Below are positions 7,010 to 10,106 of a stretch of DNA of 10,106 nt, piece after piece. Location of the stretch: positions 1-10,106 of the forward strand of contig DXJO01000053.1 of the NCBI GenBank assembly GCA_019057475.1. The letters run 5' to 3'. The stretch is from Candidatus Thorarchaeota archaeon (lineage in GTDB: Archaea > Asgardarchaeota > Thorarchaeia > Thorarchaeales > Thorarchaeaceae). Every line of letters starts with the position of its first letter. Position 1 is the stretch's first letter. The notes below the pieces were generated by a model, which had not been told where the DNA came from, ran no database searches, and was given only the letters and a program-made list of their open reading frames with translations. Made by a program: the position numbers and the translations under genes.

Positions 7010-7022
7010 ATTTTTAAAAACC
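7010..7022 (-). promoter_or_regulatory. TATA box for yjbQ (probably a leaderless transcript)
   Basis: TTTTTAAAAA about 25 nt upstream of the ATG at 6989. Confidence 0.55.
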
Positions 7023-7060
7023 TTACAAACACTCCCGAGTGTGACATTGGCATTGGAACT

Positions 7061-8863
7061 CTACGACCTACTTCTGAACTTCGCAGTTTCTACAAGTTCA
7101 TGAAGACGATCTCGCTTCGAGAGGAGGTCCTCTTCATTCTCTTGGAGGATGAGCAATGCTCCGATATGACTACCGCTTTCCACAGCATGTAGAATGGACA
7201 TAATCGATATCAAGACATCGTCGCGGGTCGTCATGGCGAGATCATCCATCTTCTTAATCACCCTTGAGATATCATCTGTTCGCCTCGGAAAACGGTCGTA
7301 GAGTGTTTCATAGACAACGAGAAGATCCTCAAAGGCATCTCGTGGTTCGTTGATGCCCTTGAAGCTTAACGCAGACTTGTTGAGTAGCTCTATGGCCTTC
7401 TCAATCATCTCGATTTCGTTGGTCTTCAAGGCTTCAGTTCCTGCTGTCCTCACCCACACTGCTGCAAGTTCTGGAACACCCATTCCCTCGTAGAACTTCG
7501 CAGCTGCCACAGCTTTGTCGCTAGCTATCAAATGGAATGAGGCAGTCCTCTCTTCATCTCCAAGCATGAGTGCGCAGTTGGCCGCTTTGCTGTAGTACTT
7601 CGAACCTTCATCTGCCTCTCCTTGAGTTGAACATTCGTCAGCCAACTGGACATATATCTCCAGAGCACGCTCAAGATGTCCTTTCGCCTCAGTGCTCCGT
7701 TCAGCCTCTTCCAGCACATCAGCGGCCTCTTCCAAGGACTGAGCCTGAAACTCCTTGTTTTCCCTCTCTTCATCTGCCTTTGCTTGGCCGAGGAAATAGC
7801 TGATCACCGTTTCGTAGATTGCCTCTGCTTGTTCTGCTTTTCCCCACTTCTTTAGGCACATGGCTTGATATCTCAGATAGCTCATCTCAGACTGACTATC
7901 CTTCTCTGCCGCTGCTCTCTCAGCCAATTGACCAAACAGCTCATTGGCCCGTTTGAGTGCCCATCTTGCCTTCATGTCACTTCCAATCTCACTAAGCATA
8001 TTCCCTGCCTTGACCAGCAACGGTGCGACGACCTCCGATTTTCCATCCATCTTCATGTATGCTTCGGCGGCTTTCATGATTGCCTGTTTTCTTGCTGAGG
8101 TTAGTCTCTGCAGCTTGTAGGCCTCTTGGGCTGCATCGTATATGTTGCCTGCCTTCTCAAACAGGTTACTCCTCTCGTACTGCTTTCCTGCTTCCATCAT
8201 CATTCGAATAGCTTCAGGAGTGTCGCCCTCAGAATGCATCACCTGGGCAGCCTCAGCCAATGCATTGCCCGCTGATAGGAAATCGTTTCTCCTCTTTGCT
8301 TCTTCCGACCATCTAAGGGCCATCTTGATTGCTCGGCCGTTGATTCTCGAACCAAGATCCTCATCGCCGGATGCGTGGTAGAGTCCACCCACTTTCCTGA
8401 GAAGAGCAACCGCTTTGTCGAAGGCTTTCGCTTCTTCATGTGTGTCTGCAAGGTTTTCAAGCGCGTCTGCTGCTGCGATTGTGAGGCCTTGCTTCTCTGA
8501 CTCCATTTCCGCGAAATCAGCCGCCCTGAAGTAGAAGCCTGCCGCCTGCTTGTATTCCAAAGCATCCTCAGCTACTTTGGCCGCTTGAGTATTCACGCGA
8601 ACTATCTCGCGATGCACCTCCGGACTTGATACCTGACGAATCAGCATTAGTGTAGCTTGGTTGAACGCGGAGATGGACTCATCTCCCCTGTGAAGATCGT
8701 GATAGATAGTGCCTGCTTTCTCATATGTTTGTGCAGCGTCTATATACATCCCCTCAGAATCAAATGACTTGGCTGCCTGAGTGAGAATCTCAGCTGCCGC
8801 AGCCTTATCGCCCGCGTCGAGTCTGGCATTAGCCTGCTCTAACAAGTTTTTCTGAGGGGTCAA
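7061..8863 (-). CDS. Alpha-SNAP/TPR-like all-helical repeat protein (600 aa)
   Basis: Ala/Glu/Lys-rich, with recurring A-x-x-x-[YFL]-x-x-A-[AG]-x-x-[YF] helices (YIDAAQTYEKAGTIY, YKQAAGFYFRAADFA, FLSAGNALAEAAQVM, FEKAGNIYDAAQEAY, EGSKYYSKAANCA). No TM segment. TTG start. Confidence 0.75.
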   Translation of the reverse strand: MTPQKNLLEQANARLDAGDKAAAAEILTQAAKSFDSEGMYIDAAQTYEKAGTIYHDLHRGDESISAFNQATLMLIRQVSSPEVHREIVRVNTQAAKVAEDALEYKQAAGFYFRAADFAEMESEKQGLTIAAADALENLADTHEEAKAFDKAVALLRKVGGLYHASGDEDLGSRINGRAIKMALRWSEEAKRRNDFLSAGNALAEAAQVMHSEGDTPEAIRMMMEAGKQYERSNLFEKAGNIYDAAQEAYKLQRLTSARKQAIMKAAEAYMKMDGKSEVVAPLLVKAGNMLSEIGSDMKARWALKRANELFGQLAERAAAEKDSQSEMSYLRYQAMCLKKWGKAEQAEAIYETVISYFLGQAKADEERENKEFQAQSLEEAADVLEEAERSTEAKGHLERALEIYVQLADECSTQGEADEGSKYYSKAANCALMLGDEERTASFHLIASDKAVAAAKFYEGMGVPELAAVWVRTAGTEALKTNEIEMIEKAIELLNKSALSFKGINEPRDAFEDLLVVYETLYDRFPRRTDDISRVIKKMDDLAMTTRDDVLISIMSILHAVESGSHIGALLILQENEEDLLSKRDRLHELVETAKFRSRS

Positions 8864-9030
8864 ATCAATCGATCCTGCCTTTCCTGTAAATGCCTTGGAT
8901 TATAGCTTCTGTTTCAGTTGCCTTATCCTCATAACAATTGTCATTATCAACGCTACATCAATGACCGCAACCATCACAGAAGACTAAAATATCTGTGCGA
9001 TCCAACCACTCTTGGCAGTGGAAACCCAAA

Positions 9031-10106
9031 ATGAGTACGTTACGTATTGGGTTGATTGGGACTGGGAATATCGGGAGAACACATCTTGCAAGCATAGCAT
9101 CGCTTCGCCACTCAGGTCTACTTGACGTAGACATTGCTGCAGTTTGCGATATTGATGAAGATGCGATGCAACGAGCAGCTGAACTCTTCGATGTGCCAGT
9201 CACTTACAAAGACTTCAAGGACTTAGTTGCGGACGAAACCGTTGATATTGTCTATATCTGCGCTCCTACAAACAAGCACGGAAGCATGGTGAAGGCAGCC
9301 GCGAAGGCAAAGAAGCCGCTCTTCTGCGAGAAACCACTTGCCAGGAGTTGGCCACAGGCGAGTGAGCTCATGGGAGTTACAAAGGATGCCGGCGTGAGCA
9401 GCGGTGTGGGTCTTGTTCTCCGCTACGATCAGTTTCTGCTACATGCGAAGAAACTCATAGAAACTAACGATTTTGGTCAACCGATGCTGGCGCATATAAG
9501 AGATGATCAACGGTTTCCGGTGGACTATGTTCAATACAGCAAGTGGCGAGGGAATAGATCCGTTGCTGGTGGCGGAACTCTCATCGAGCATAGCATTCAT
9601 GATATCGACGTTTTCGGGTGGTTCTTCGGCACCATTGAGAGTGTGTACGCAAGAATCAACTACTTCGCAGGAAAGGAAGTCGAGGATCAAGCGTCTCTAG
9701 TTCTCACACATGAGGGAGGCACTGTCAGCACATTGGATTCAATCTGGCATTGGGTTGAGCGGCCAAATGAGAGAATGATAGAGCTCTTCTTTGAGAACGG
9801 GTTCATCAGTATTCGGCTTGAGTCTGGCAAGCGTGTACTGGATTATCAATTACGGGGAGCGGGTCCTGTGCGAGTTTGGGAGGAAACCGCGAATCTAGCA
9901 CTTCTCGAGACCCTAGGTGTGCATTCCAAGAATCTGTCTGTGGAATCTGTTGAGACCCTGACTTCTGTTGGCTCTGAAAGATACACAGCTCTAAGCTATG
10001 CATTCCTCAAGTCAGTCCAATCTGGGACTGAACCGTTTCCTAGCTTCAGAGATGCAGTTACGGCCCATAAGGTCGTGGACACAGCCTATGATTCAGCTAA
10101 CAAGAA
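9031..10106 (+). CDS. Gfo/Idh/MocA family NAD(P)-dependent oxidoreductase, 3'-partial (missing from the ORF track)
   Basis: Manual translation gives MSTLRIGLIGTGNIGRTH.., AVCDID, DIVYICAPTNKH, LFCEKPLA, AGGGTLIEHSIHDID, EVED and PSFRDAV. No stop before the window end. Confidence 0.93.
   Translation, partial: MSTLRIGLIGTGNIGRTHLASIASLRHSGLLDVDIAAVCDIDEDAMQRAAELFDVPVTYKDFKDLVADETVDIVYICAPTNKHGSMVKAAAKAKKPLFCEKPLARSWPQASELMGVTKDAGVSSGVGLVLRYDQFLLHAKKLIETNDFGQPMLAHIRDDQRFPVDYVQYSKWRGNRSVAGGGTLIEHSIHDIDVFGWFFGTIESVYARINYFAGKEVEDQASLVLTHEGGTVSTLDSIWHWVERPNERMIELFFENGFISIRLESGKRVLDYQLRGAGPVRVWEETANLALLETLGVHSKNLSVESVETLTSVGSERYTALSYAFLKSVQSGTEPFPSFRDAVTAHKVVDTAYDSANK

Noticed and set aside
1247-8565. 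Many shadow or alternative-frame ORFs in the ORF track (e.g. 1247-1522, 2514-2957, 3135-3632, 4694-4975, 5324-5632, 8239-8565)
   Set aside because: They lie within or antisense to well-supported genes and have no motifs.
8961-8987. Tiny uORF MTATITED* upstream of the oxidoreductase
   Set aside because: Eight codons with no SD or informative composition, expected by chance.
8958-10003. Short ORFs at 8958-9203, 9439-9690, 9503-9700 and 9806-10003
   Set aside because: They are shadows of the plus-strand Gfo/Idh/MocA gene starting at 9031.

Overview
Archaeal genomic window. The archaeal assignment rests on aIF5A, NOB1, an archaeal-type tRNA-Leu with encoded CCA, TATA-like promoters, GGTGA/GGAGG Shine-Dalgarno sites and frequent TTG/GTG starts. 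An Asgard (Thorarchaeia-like) origin is an inference only. From left to right it holds: an orphan IS200/IS605 (TnpB-type) right-end/omegaRNA-like structured element on the minus strand, cut by the window edge and lacking a tnpB ORF; a small membrane-anchor ORF or gene remnant; nikR divergent from a Ni/Co ECF transporter operon (cbiM/nikM, PDGLE nikN, cbiQ, cbiO); tRNA-Leu(CAG); an Lrp/AsnC regulator; aIF5A; NAD kinase and NOB1; a small hypothetical; YjbQ; a 600-aa alpha-SNAP-like helical repeat protein; and a Gfo/Idh/MocA oxidoreductase running off the right end. Most of the window is housekeeping. The main points of interest are the stand-alone omegaRNA-like scaffold and the double-length SNAP-like protein.
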